Positions 39,000 through 47,947 of a DNA stretch of 64,000 nt are shown here, piece after piece. Location: sequence record MT939492.1. One strand, written 5' to 3'. A program made the position numbers and the translations under genes. The notes beneath the pieces were generated by a model that searched no databases, was not told the DNA's origin, and saw only the letters and a list, made by a program, of their open reading frames with translations. Position 1 is the first letter of the stretch. Every line of letters begins with the position of its first letter.

Positions 39000-39017
39000 T
39001 TTCAACCCTATATAACT
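39000..39017 (+). promoter_or_regulatory. Candidate phage early promoter motif
   Basis: TTTCAACCCTATATAACT. Confidence 0.5.
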
Positions 39018-39073
39018 CATCTGAGGTTCTACCTTAAAGACCTCATTCCTTTCAAACTCAATGGAGAAACATC

Positions 39074-39280
39074 ATGGCAAACGCCAAAGCAAACACCACC
39101 AATGTCGCCAAGCGTCGCATCGCTCCGGCCAAGAAGCCCTTCATCAAGCGTCTGGGCACCGCTGTTGTCGAAACGGCCAAGGACAAAGATGTCCAGCTGA
39201 TCGTCGGCGGTAGCTTCGCCTTCGCAGCTGCCATCATCGGTACTGCGCTGGTGATCGAGAAGTTCACCGACCGCAGCTGA
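39074..39280 (+). CDS. Small basic protein with C-terminal TM helix
   Basis: 68 aa, RBS GGAG; TM LIVGGSFAFAAAIIGTALVI. Confidence 0.6.
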   Translation: MANAKANTTNVAKRRIAPAKKPFIKRLGTAVVETAKDKDVQLIVGGSFAFAAAIIGTALVIEKFTDRS

Positions 39281-39355
39281 TCCACCCTGTTCCAAACTGA
39301 GCCGTCATGTCGGCGGCTCTTTCATTTCCCTTCCTTTAAATGGAGTAATACGAGT

Positions 39356-40408
39356 ATGACCAAGAAAGCAATTGAAAAGAAGAACGTCGCTGCCACCGAA
39401 AATACCGCCGAGTACTACGAGCTGATTGCCGAACGCAAGAGGCTCGTCAAGCGCGTCAAGGCACTGAAGGATGCCGGCAGGTCGGTTCCGGACAGGCTGC
39501 GCCACAGAATTGCAGAGCTCAAGCGCCTGACCAACAAGTCGTCCATCCACCCGAGCACCAAGTCGCGGTCGAAGGTGCAGGAGATCCTGACCAAGGGCGC
39601 CAAGCCATCGCCGGAAACCATCAAGAAGGTGACCGTCGCCTCCACGACCAGCATCGCTGATCTGGCGAAGGAACTGGGCATGCGCCCCAGTGGACTGGTC
39701 AGTCGTCTGTTCCGTCACGGCACTACCGCCGTCTCCGCAGACCAGCTCGGCTCGGTGAAGGGTATCGTCAAGATCCTCAACGTGATCGGCGAAAAGGAAG
39801 GCTTCGAGGTGAAGCTCGATGACAACCTCGCGGCAGTGAACCGTCTGGTTGGCGCATTCGACGTCGCTACCCGCGATCGTCGCGTCAAGCCGGTGGAAAA
39901 GGAGCTGACCCCGATCGCCATCTCCCCGCGTGCTCAGATCAACGATCTCGCCGAAAAGCTGGGCATCAAGAACGGCACCCTGGTCAAGCACTACTTCGCC
40001 ATGGGAAAGCCGGTCAGCATTTCCCAGACCGTGGCATCCGGTGGTCGTCGTCGTGCGCAGGAGATCGCCAAGACCTTGGGCTTCCAGCTCACCTTCCTCA
40101 CCAAGGGCAAGGCTGCCAAGAAGGTCTCCCAAGTCGCCGGTGGTCTGACCCTGCGCCAGCTGGAAGAAGAGATCTTCAAGGTCGACAGCATTCGCGTGAT
40201 CTTCCGCGCCTCCCCGAGCCAGCGTTCCGGTGTGAAGCAGTGGATCCAGAAGATGCCGGAGAACTCCACCATCTCCGACCTGTGCAAGCGTCTGCGCAAT
40301 GCCAACAGCGAGCTGGCTGAAATCGCCCTGACCCTCATCGACGGTGACGGCAATTCCTACAGCTCCAGTGCCAACCAGCGTCAGCGTCTGGACTACCTGA
40401 CTTTCTAA
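39356..40408 (+). CDS. Lys/Arg-rich protein with two IF2 N-terminal-domain-like repeats
   Basis: Repeats TSIADLAKELGMRPSGLVSRLFRHG and AQINDLAEKLGIKNGTLVKHYFAMGKPVSISQ...AQEIAKTLG resemble the IF2_N consensus. Confidence 0.65.
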   Translation: MTKKAIEKKNVAATENTAEYYELIAERKRLVKRVKALKDAGRSVPDRLRHRIAELKRLTNKSSIHPSTKSRSKVQEILTKGAKPSPETIKKVTVASTTSIADLAKELGMRPSGLVSRLFRHGTTAVSADQLGSVKGIVKILNVIGEKEGFEVKLDDNLAAVNRLVGAFDVATRDRRVKPVEKELTPIAISPRAQINDLAEKLGIKNGTLVKHYFAMGKPVSISQTVASGGRRRAQEIAKTLGFQLTFLTKGKAAKKVSQVAGGLTLRQLEEEIFKVDSIRVIFRASPSQRSGVKQWIQKMPENSTISDLCKRLRNANSELAEIALTLIDGDGNSYSSSANQRQRLDYLTF

Positions 40409-40444
40409 GCAGTACCCACCAACAATGCGTATAAGGAGATAGCA

Positions 40445-40885
40445 GTGGACGTTGGTGTTTGTGAGAAGGTTGTTCCTCAGACTCGTGAGTTCTACGTGTC
40501 TCATTCGTTTGAGGGCAACTTGTACTTCAGAAGCCTCATGTGCCGAATGGTCAATGAGCCTGTACTGAAGTTGACGTGTGAGATCCCCGCGCTCGGTTTG
40601 CAGCATGCCGACCGTCACGGGCAGATCGACGTCATGAAGTTCTGTACTTTGAAGAAGTTTGAGCACAACGGTCTGAACGGCTTGGAACTGGGCGCCCTGC
40701 TTGGGGTGCTCAGTCCTCGCTGCATATGCCCTGAACTGCTCGACGAGCTGCCTGCGACCGTACTGAACCATGTACTGATCGAGGACGAACGGCTCATCAA
40801 GGTTCCAGGACGTCACTGGGCTGAATACCTGATGGCTAACTACCTGGCGGTAAGTTGGCCGAAGGAAAAGTTCATCGGCTCCTGA
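40445..40885 (+). CDS. Hypothetical protein
   Basis: 146 aa, GTG start, RBS AAGGAG. Confidence 0.55.
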   Translation: MDVGVCEKVVPQTREFYVSHSFEGNLYFRSLMCRMVNEPVLKLTCEIPALGLQHADRHGQIDVMKFCTLKKFEHNGLNGLELGALLGVLSPRCICPELLDELPATVLNHVLIEDERLIKVPGRHWAEYLMANYLAVSWPKEKFIGS

Positions 40886-40926
40886 TCCAAGAGTTGTATC
40901 TGGCTTTACTCTGCTGTACCATGTAT

Positions 40927-40950
40927 GGCGGAGGTAACCCCTCCGCCTTT
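40927..40950 (+). terminator. Hairpin + TTT
   Basis: GGCGGAGG-TAACC-CCTCCGCC-TTT. Confidence 0.65.
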
Positions 40951-40976
40951 CTTAATACCCCAATGGAGATTCACGT

Positions 40977-41510
40977 ATGTCCGATTTCACCGCTACTTTG
41001 GAAATCAGCCGTGCCAAGGGCACGTGCCACCGCTCGGGCCGCATTCTGATCCTGGATAAGGACACGCATCACTTCGCCCACGTCCTTTTTGACCTGGATC
41101 CGATGAACTACGAAGACCGCGACGATCGTCGTGGCGCGTTCACCATCCAGGAGATCTTCTCCAACGTTCGCAAGAACAACTGCCCGGGCTGGTTCGGCGA
41201 CTTGGTCGGTCTGGTGATTACCAAGCTGTTCAACTGCCCGAACTTCAAGGCTGACCACGACATCACGCATGAGGAAATCCTCCTGCTGGTGGCTCAGCCC
41301 GATCACGACTTGGTGCATCAGGCACTTCGTAGTGATGCTCAAAAGTTCCTCGCTGATCCGAGTGAGGAAGGTAACGAGGAATATCTCCTGCCCTCCTCCT
41401 CGTTCGACTACCTCATCAAGGACGAGCCTCGTATCGTCGACCCCGTCGATGTTCTGGAAGTCGGCGAGTACGAGGCTGTACGGGTTCTTGACCTGATCGG
41501 CGGGAAGTAA
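40977..41510 (+). CDS. Hypothetical protein
   Basis: 177 aa, RBS GGAG. Confidence 0.65.
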   Translation: MSDFTATLEISRAKGTCHRSGRILILDKDTHHFAHVLFDLDPMNYEDRDDRRGAFTIQEIFSNVRKNNCPGWFGDLVGLVITKLFNCPNFKADHDITHEEILLLVAQPDHDLVHQALRSDAQKFLADPSEEGNEEYLLPSSSFDYLIKDEPRIVDPVDVLEVGEYEAVRVLDLIGGK

Positions 41511-41518
41511 GACAAGTG

Positions 41519-41546
41519 AGAGAGCGGGGCTTAGGCTTCGCTCTCT
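41519..41546 (+). terminator. Hairpin
   Basis: AGAGAGCGGGGC-TTAG-GCTTCGCTCTCT. Confidence 0.6.
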
Positions 41547-41580
41547 TCCCATGGATAGCACTTTCTTTTTCGAGGTTCCT

Positions 41581-41835
41581 ATGGACAGCAAAGCTCGTAA
41601 GCGGCTGACCCTGCGTTATACCCGCAAGCGCAATTCCTTCCTGCTCTACGCCGCTGCTCTTGCAGTGGTGTGTTTCTCGATGGGCATGATCCTGCCCAGC
41701 GCCAGTGCCTTCGGTCCGTACAAGTGGCTGGTGCTGCTTGGACTGTTGGCGTTGTTCTTCGTCATCGCTGTAAAGGCAGTGGATAAGTTCTGGCCGGCGT
41801 ATTACGACTACATGCGTCTGCGCAGTGTGGCGTAA
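41581..41835 (+). CDS. Small membrane protein (2 TM)
   Basis: 84 aa from ATG 41581 (RBS GAGG). Confidence 0.6.
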   Translation: MDSKARKRLTLRYTRKRNSFLLYAAALAVVCFSMGMILPSASAFGPYKWLVLLGLLALFFVIAVKAVDKFWPAYYDYMRLRSVA

Positions 41836-41899
41836 TTTGCTACACCTTCAGGCTTATTATCTGTACAAGTCAGTGTGCACTGCAGCTCCTCCGATATCC

Positions 41900-42100
41900 C
41901 GAATGTAAGCACGGCCATGCGTGCTGATCATCTATCCCGTTCGTGCACGGGAAAGCTCTGTAGGGAGAGCCATAATCGGAGTCCAAGCGCAGCACATACC
42001 CTGCTTCATCGCCCCACCTCGCGAAGGCCTACTTGCTCGGGCTGAATCGAATGCGGCGTTGTTGCCTGACTCTTCCGCTAGGTTGGGGTGGCGGTTTATT
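41900..42100 (+). ncRNA. Candidate structured non-coding RNA (unassigned)
   Basis: Hairpins at 41908-41925, 41936-41951 and 41955-41970 plus a long stem 42009-42019/42080-42091; no credible CDS; terminator-like hairpin at 42112. Confidence 0.35.
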
Positions 42101-42111
42101 CTAAGCATATA

Positions 42112-42141
42112 GCCCACTCCTTCGGGAGTGGGCGTTATGCC
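42112..42141 (+). terminator. Hairpin + TATGCC
   Basis: GCCCACTCC-TTCG-GGAGTGGGC-GT-TATGCC. Confidence 0.7.
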
Positions 42142-42175
42142 CTTTTCTTTCCAGAAGTACCACAATGGAGTTTCA

Positions 42176-42337
42176 ATGAAAATCCCGAAGTTCACCGACT
42201 GCAAGCCCGGCTCGTTCCTGGATAAGCTCTATCGCGAGAAGTTTGGCGAGGTCTATCTGGAGTTCATCGAGCCTGAAGAACTGCCCACTGCTTGCAACGG
42301 GCCGGAGTTCGAGTTCGATGAGGAGGAAGCAGCTTGA
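42176..42337 (+). CDS. Small hypothetical protein
   Basis: 53 aa from ATG 42176 with RBS GGAG. Confidence 0.55.
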   Translation: MKIPKFTDCKPGSFLDKLYREKFGEVYLEFIEPEELPTACNGPEFEFDEEEAA

Positions 42338-42864
42338 TCAAGCTCGCCCTCAGCAGGATGTTCTGCATCTGCAAATCCGATCACGGCTGGTTCATCACCA
42401 CTCCTCTTTTCATCTACGCCTCTTCTGTAACGGCGGTGACTGGAATGCTGAGTAGTACAGCCACTGCGCTCAACTACGGCAACGGCCTGCTCTCCTTCAA
42501 GCTCAAAGGCAATATCAAGTTCATGTGGTTTCCCCGTGAGACCAAGCAGACGATCTATCGTTGGATCATCGGACCGATCACTGACGACTTCAAACTGACC
42601 GGCGCGTGGACATACGTCTACATGCCGGATGGTTCATCGAAGATCATCCGCGAAGGATACCTGACGCGTGTCAACAAACGTTGGGGTCGCCGAGTTCCAC
42701 AGGGTCGACTGTACAAGGTCGACGATTCGATAGGCTTCATGAAAGCCGCCCACATCAACGAAGCAGCAGAGAGAGCGGAGAAGACCTACGCCAATCTCGA
42801 TAAACTCGGACAGGCTCTGAAGCTCATTCAGGATCAGTCCGACAATGCGTCACTGAAAGCGTAA
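42334..42864 (+). CDS. Hypothetical protein with N-terminal hydrophobic segment
   Basis: 176 aa, TTGA overlap. Confidence 0.55.
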   Translation: MIKLALSRMFCICKSDHGWFITTPLFIYASSVTAVTGMLSSTATALNYGNGLLSFKLKGNIKFMWFPRETKQTIYRWIIGPITDDFKLTGAWTYVYMPDGSSKIIREGYLTRVNKRWGRRVPQGRLYKVDDSIGFMKAAHINEAAERAEKTYANLDKLGQALKLIQDQSDNASLKA

Positions 42865-42913
42865 CACCCAACCCTTCTTACACCACTAAAACCTAACACC
42901 CCGTGGAGATCCA

Positions 42914-43447
42914 ATGAACAACAAGTCGCAGCTGTCCCAGACCATTTCGATCGAAGTCAACGCCTACACCGATCCGGTCCGCACCAATGAAATCGCTGAC
43001 AAGCTTCGCGCCATGATGGTGGAAGACGGCCCGAGCGAAGCCAGCCTCACCACGCACTTCTCCAGCGACAACAAGCCGGAGTACCCCACGGCTGTCATCA
43101 GCAGCCAACTGCGCGTCCACGGCTTTGATGGTCGTCTGAGGATCGAACTGGAAGCCAGCGAAACGCTCATGACCAACAACTTGCTGATGGTGGAATACAA
43201 GCGCAAGCTGCAGGCCATGAAGTTGGCTCGGGAAGTATTGGAGCTGATCGCCAGCTTCAAGAAGGAGATCAAGATCGTTGGGAACGGCTTCGCAGCTGAC
43301 AGCGGTCCTGCTGGCACCCCGATCCCCCTCGATCAGTTCATCTCGCCGAAAGAACGCGAAGACCTCAACGTGCGCTTCGGCCCGCTCTACCTCCTCGGCC
43401 ATCTTCACGACATCGCCTCTGGTGTCGTCGCTGAACTGCCCAAGTAA
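42914..43447 (+). CDS. Hypothetical protein
   Basis: 177 aa, RBS GGAG. Confidence 0.65.
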   Translation: MNNKSQLSQTISIEVNAYTDPVRTNEIADKLRAMMVEDGPSEASLTTHFSSDNKPEYPTAVISSQLRVHGFDGRLRIELEASETLMTNNLLMVEYKRKLQAMKLAREVLELIASFKKEIKIVGNGFAADSGPAGTPIPLDQFISPKEREDLNVRFGPLYLLGHLHDIASGVVAELPK

Positions 43448-43463
43448 CTGACCCACCCTCTCG

Positions 43464-43487
43464 GGGCGGGGGCTAACCCCGCCCTTT
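43464..43487 (+). terminator. Hairpin + TTT
   Basis: GGGCGGGG-GCTAA-CCCCGCCC-TTT. Confidence 0.65.
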
Positions 43488-43517
43488 CCTTCGAGCACTA
43501 CCCCAACGGAGTTTGAC

Positions 43518-44459
43518 ATGTCCAATGTACAACTGACCCAGAAGATCGATTTCGCAGGCTGGCACGATATCCACGGCATCCCCAGCGGTCTGTGGGACGA
43601 TCCGAACTGCGACTTCGAAACCGATATCGAAGGTCACTACAACTACGGTGACGTCGAGTTCGCACACACCCAGTTCCTGCCCTACGGTGTCCGCGCCCAG
43701 GCACGCGCCGATACCAGCGTCGGTCGCAACGCCAAGGAGATCGACCCCGATCTGCGCTACGTGGTGACCAACGGCATGCTGCTGTTCGAAACCTACTACA
43801 CCTACAGCGGGGCTGCGGTTGACAAGTTCCCGGCGGTCGGCGTACTGACCCCCGATGAACTGCTGATCTTCGGCGCACCTGACTGGTCGCTGTGGGAATC
43901 GCGCAACTTCGGCCCGCTGGACTACTTGCGCTTCAACATCGCCAAGCTGCGCATGTCGCTGCCGCTGCTGATGCGTCACAACCTGATCATGGTGGGCGAG
44001 AACAAGTACTCCTTCGCTGAGATCTACCGCTCCAACCGCGTGGCCAATGCTGGCAATCGTTCGGCCACCCCGGTGCACCTGAACCGTGCCGGTGCTACAC
44101 TGTCCCGTCGTCTGGCCAATGCGTTCCCGACGATGAACAGCTTCCTGGAACGTGGCGTGTTCTCCGCGCGTGCTTTCGAAGTGCAGCCGATCCTGGATGA
44201 ACTCACCGGTATCCATCCGGACCTGGAGTTCAGCCACCTGCTGCACCGTGGCAAGTACGCTCGCATGAACACCACCTTGGTGGACCTGTACAACCAGATC
44301 AACCGGGTGATCCAGCTCAACCGTGGCGAAGACCCGCCGCAGATGCTCTACGACCTGATCAAGCAGTACAGCCAGGAAGCCGCCTCTGTGGCCCGTACGG
44401 ACATTCGCCGGTTCGGCCGCACCCGCGATACCAGCTACCTGTCAGTGATCCCCAAGTAA
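43518..44459 (+). CDS. Hypothetical protein
   Basis: 313 aa, strong codon bias, own hairpin terminator. Confidence 0.7.
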   Translation: MSNVQLTQKIDFAGWHDIHGIPSGLWDDPNCDFETDIEGHYNYGDVEFAHTQFLPYGVRAQARADTSVGRNAKEIDPDLRYVVTNGMLLFETYYTYSGAAVDKFPAVGVLTPDELLIFGAPDWSLWESRNFGPLDYLRFNIAKLRMSLPLLMRHNLIMVGENKYSFAEIYRSNRVANAGNRSATPVHLNRAGATLSRRLANAFPTMNSFLERGVFSARAFEVQPILDELTGIHPDLEFSHLLHRGKYARMNTTLVDLYNQINRVIQLNRGEDPPQMLYDLIKQYSQEAASVARTDIRRFGRTRDTSYLSVIPK

Positions 44460-44470
44460 GCGGACATAGC

Positions 44471-44494
44471 GCCCTAGCCCTTCGGGGCTAGGGC
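44471..44494. terminator. Hairpin preceded by CATAG
   Basis: GCCCTAGCCC-TTCG-GGGCTAGGGC. Confidence 0.7.
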
Positions 44495-44550
44495 AATACC
44501 TGAGGACTTTTCTTTTTTGTCGTCATGCTATGACAATGGGAGGACTCTTT

Positions 44551-45069
44551 ATGGTGACAGCAATTGGAATCGGCGTAAAACTGGGCAAGGCGGTCACCTG
44601 GTTCATCAAGGGTGGCTGGAAGAAGATCCTCGCTCTGGTGATCTTGGCTGCGATCGCCTACGGCATCGTGATGGGGGTCATGCGTGTCTATGACCACATC
44701 TACGACCGTGGCGCGGCAGCTCAGCTCAAACTGGATACGGTGGCAATCACCAAGCTCCAGAAAGACCTGGCCGACAAGACCGAAGACCTGCGCAAGTTCA
44801 AGCAGGAATACGGCGACTGGATCTCGGCCGGGGAGAAGGTCAATGGGGAAGTGGATGTCGGTCAAAAGGAGCTGATGGCAGAACTTCGCCTGAAGCTGTT
44901 GGCATCTGAACAGAAGGTCAAGGAAAAGGAGCAGTTGCTCAATGAAATCCGCAAACAAATCGGCGCGTCTGACGATGTTGCTAGCCCTGGTACTGCTGGC
45001 TTTGCTCGGCTGTACAACCAATCGCTCGAAAAGCCCAAGCCCGCAGCAAAACCTGCCGCAGGTAACTGA
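44551..45069 (+). CDS. Inner-membrane spanin (Rz-like)
   Basis: N-terminal TM followed by coiled-coil heptads; overlaps a lipoprotein gene; RBS GGAGG before ATG 44551. Confidence 0.7.
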   Translation: MVTAIGIGVKLGKAVTWFIKGGWKKILALVILAAIAYGIVMGVMRVYDHIYDRGAAAQLKLDTVAITKLQKDLADKTEDLRKFKQEYGDWISAGEKVNGEVDVGQKELMAELRLKLLASEQKVKEKEQLLNEIRKQIGASDDVASPGTAGFARLYNQSLEKPKPAAKPAAGN

Positions 45070-45313
45070 CGAGATGATGGAAGTGCGTCCCGAACTCCAA
45101 TCGATTCCGGTTGGTGGCAAGGGACGTGAGCCGAAGCTCAGCGAGATCGCCCAGGTGGCGCTCACCAACAACGCTGAAGCCGTGGCGCGCGGCGACATCA
45201 TCGAGGCGTGGCAGTACTGGTACACCAGCAACCGCGCCATCATCGATGCGGCATTCGCCAAGTTTGGCATCAAGCCGCCGGTACTCACTGAAGACAAAGC
45301 AAAGAGCAAGTAA
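44942..45313 (+). CDS. Outer-membrane spanin lipoprotein (Rz1-like)
   Basis: Lipobox LALLGC after a hydrophobic signal; Pro-rich; overlaps the i-spanin gene by 128 nt. Confidence 0.7.
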   Translation: MKSANKSARLTMLLALVLLALLGCTTNRSKSPSPQQNLPQVTDEMMEVRPELQSIPVGGKGREPKLSEIAQVALTNNAEAVARGDIIEAWQYWYTSNRAIIDAAFAKFGIKPPVLTEDKAKSK

Positions 45314-45714
45314 TGAGCGATTTCGAAAACGAGTTCGAGGCCGTAGAGGCCGAAGCTCAGGCACTGGTCAGCAAGCAGGAAATCTTCACCTTCAGTCCTG
45401 CCGAGATCTTTGCCAATACCCGCGAAGCCAAGTACAGCATCGGCGATGATGCCTGGATGGGAATCTTCATGGGCAACGTGAACCCCAAGCCAGAAGACAA
45501 GCCCGACGCAGCAATCCCGGTGGTGATCGTTGGCGTGGTCAATTTCCACAACAGCGTGGCCTACCGTGTCGGTTATCGTGGCGACGACGGCATGATTCGG
45601 TTCGACAACGACCTGATCGACGAAGAGGACATCTACGATGATCCGATCTACCTGGATCGTCCTCGACAGACGCCTGAGCGTGGCAAACGCCCGGCGCTGT
45701 TCATCGTCAAGTGA
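45313..45714 (+). CDS. Hypothetical protein with SspB-like ClpX-binding C-terminal tail
   Basis: Ends DEEDIYDDPIYLDRPRQTPERGKRPALFIVK; compare SspB GGRPALRVVK. Confidence 0.6.
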   Translation: MSDFENEFEAVEAEAQALVSKQEIFTFSPAEIFANTREAKYSIGDDAWMGIFMGNVNPKPEDKPDAAIPVVIVGVVNFHNSVAYRVGYRGDDGMIRFDNDLIDEEDIYDDPIYLDRPRQTPERGKRPALFIVK

Positions 45715-45722
45715 CCAGCTAG

Positions 45723-45751
45723 GCAGGGGGCGAAAGCCTCCTGCTCTATGC
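45723..45751 (+). terminator. Hairpin + TATGC
   Basis: GCAGGGGGC-GAAA-GCCTCCTGC-TC-TATGC. Confidence 0.7.
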
Positions 45752-45819
45752 TGTCAAAAATGAAATCTGGGGTTAGTGCTATGTACTAACCCTTATCCAC
45801 TTTGGAAGAGCAAGTCCAA

Positions 45820-47127
45820 ATGTCCGAATTCACGCAAGAACAGAAAACGAGTCTGGTCGAGGTCATCCTCTGGTTGTTGGAGGCAGAGCCGCCGGCCGTC
45901 CTGGAAGAAGTGCTGGCACTGATCAGCCACATGCCCGGTCACCTCGCATCGCTGAAGGAACCACCGCTCCACATCAACGGGATGTTCTACGTCCGTGGTG
46001 ACTCGCTCGCACGCATCAGCGACTACCTGTCCAAGCGCACGGTGAAGGTGAAGCTGCATTCCCGTTATGGTCAGATCGGCGATCAACAACAGGATCCGCT
46101 CAACTTCGGTACGGCGTACTATCCGGACCTCACTCTGCCGAAGGGTCTTGCACCGTCGAACGTCAAGCCGCGTAGCGTGCGTCTGGACACCACGCCCAGC
46201 CTGATCAACGCATCGCGCGTCATGGCGAGCGGCAAGTTCGACGTCAATGCCAAGGGTGGTGCCCAGCCAGCCGAAGCGTCCTTCCTGCTCAGCGCACCCG
46301 GTCAGAACGACGGCCTCAGTCCGACCGACCATGAGTTCCATCTGCACAGTGCGACCAGGGTATCGCCCAAGCTCAACATGGAGCACGGGTACAGTACCTT
46401 CAGCATCGGCGATGAAGTTGTCGACGTGCTGGCACTGACCTCTGAACAGGAAGCGCGCCTGCGCCAGACTGGGAAGTACGTCTTCCAGCGACTGCATGCA
46501 GAAAAGCTCTCGATGATGCACGCTCACCGCAAGCGCCAGATCTTCCACATCCTGTACCCGATGATGAAGACCATCGGCACGATGGCTGCCCAAGGTGCCA
46601 TCGAAAAGCACCTGACCACCGACGACGCCTCGATCGGCAACGACGGGCCTCAGTTGAGCCGTGGCGGTGTACCGTTCAATACCCGTACTGACGTGATCGA
46701 GTACTTGGTACACGCCTTGGCTACCAAGCTGCGTATCCGCGTCTTGATCGAGAACTTCGACCTGGAGTGGGAGCGTCCGTCTGCCTACTGCGGCTGCACG
46801 CGGGAGATCCGGCTTCGCTACAATCCGGAACACCATACGTGGGCAATGGGTCCGACTTCGAATTATCACGACGATCCTACCTTCCAGTTCACTCCCGAGC
46901 TTGCGGCGAAGCTCCTGCACATGGTGCTGGAGAAAGAAGACTTCTCCCTGCCCGACGATCATCCGTTCAACGATATCTCGCTGAACGAAGCAGTCGCCGT
47001 GGCATCCTTCAAGGACGCCGACCATCTGCTGATGTGGGGACCGCGCACGCTGGCAGAACCGGGCAGCGCGTTCCAGCGTCTCAGCGAAACCACCCTGCTT
47101 CGTTACTACGTCAAGGAAAAGAACTGA
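45820..47127 (+). CDS. Hypothetical protein
   Basis: 435 aa from ATG 45820. Confidence 0.7.
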   Translation: MSEFTQEQKTSLVEVILWLLEAEPPAVLEEVLALISHMPGHLASLKEPPLHINGMFYVRGDSLARISDYLSKRTVKVKLHSRYGQIGDQQQDPLNFGTAYYPDLTLPKGLAPSNVKPRSVRLDTTPSLINASRVMASGKFDVNAKGGAQPAEASFLLSAPGQNDGLSPTDHEFHLHSATRVSPKLNMEHGYSTFSIGDEVVDVLALTSEQEARLRQTGKYVFQRLHAEKLSMMHAHRKRQIFHILYPMMKTIGTMAAQGAIEKHLTTDDASIGNDGPQLSRGGVPFNTRTDVIEYLVHALATKLRIRVLIENFDLEWERPSAYCGCTREIRLRYNPEHHTWAMGPTSNYHDDPTFQFTPELAAKLLHMVLEKEDFSLPDDHPFNDISLNEAVAVASFKDADHLLMWGPRTLAEPGSAFQRLSETTLLRYYVKEKN

Positions 47128-47128
47128 C

Positions 47129-47947
47129 ATGACCAGCAACAACATCAAGCCCCACAGTCCCAAGTCGGTTGCCGACGAACTCCTGATCGGTCCCGTGTTC
47201 GACAAGGTCTACGCCATCAACGAACTGGCCGGCAACGCACGTGACCAGGGGCATCGCATCGCCAAGCACCAGATGGATATCATCGATCTGGAAGTGGACG
47301 AGCTGCGCGATGGCATCGCCAACAACGACCTGCACGAAATCATCGACGGCGTCGGTGACGGCCTGTTTACCATCCTCGGCCTGGCTGGCCGCTACGGGTT
47401 CGACGCTGCTGAAGTGCTGCGCCGGGTGAACGAAAGCCAGTTCTCCAAGTTCGACAAGAACATGGACGACCTGCTGGACACCCGTACCAAGTACACCCGC
47501 CTGGGCGTTGAAACCTTCTTCATCAAGAAGGAGTACGAGGGCGAAACCGTCTACGTGACCAAGGTCAGCGAAACCGTCACCGGCACCGACGGCAAGACCT
47601 ACCTGAAGGGCAAGTGGCTGAAGTCGGTCAACTTCCAGGAACCGCGCTTCGATGACATGATCGAACTGATCATCAAGCAGGAACTGAAGCTGCGCTGCTC
47701 TGTGGAACCCACCAGCTCCGCTCCGGTCTCCGAGTGGCCGACCACGCTGAAGTCGTACATGGTCAAGCTGGACGCGGACAAGCAGCGCTACATGCTGCGC
47801 GAAGCCGGCTATTTCCTGGGCGAAGAAGGCGTGATCGTCAGCGACCTGGCCGCATGGGCAGCTGCCGAAGCCGAAGTCAAGGCGAAGGAAGAAGAAAAGC
47901 CCTGGTACGCCGAAAATACCGGACAGTCCGGCGAAAGCCAGGCCTGA
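47129..47947 (+). CDS. MazG/PRA-PH-like nucleoside-triphosphate pyrophosphohydrolase
   Basis: EVDEL...EIIDGVGDGLF.ILG...V..S.FSK acidic helical motif pattern. Confidence 0.7.
   Translation: MTSNNIKPHSPKSVADELLIGPVFDKVYAINELAGNARDQGHRIAKHQMDIIDLEVDELRDGIANNDLHEIIDGVGDGLFTILGLAGRYGFDAAEVLRRVNESQFSKFDKNMDDLLDTRTKYTRLGVETFFIKKEYEGETVYVTKVSETVTGTDGKTYLKGKWLKSVNFQEPRFDDMIELIIKQELKLRCSVEPTSSAPVSEWPTTLKSYMVKLDADKQRYMLREAGYFLGEEGVIVSDLAAWAAAEAEVKAKEEEKPWYAENTGQSGESQA

Noticed and set aside
41921-42112. 63-aa ORF
   Set aside because: No RBS and atypical codon usage; the region is better explained as structured RNA
42176-42337. C-terminal -AA ssrA-like degron on a small protein
   Set aside because: Two residues alone are too weak as evidence
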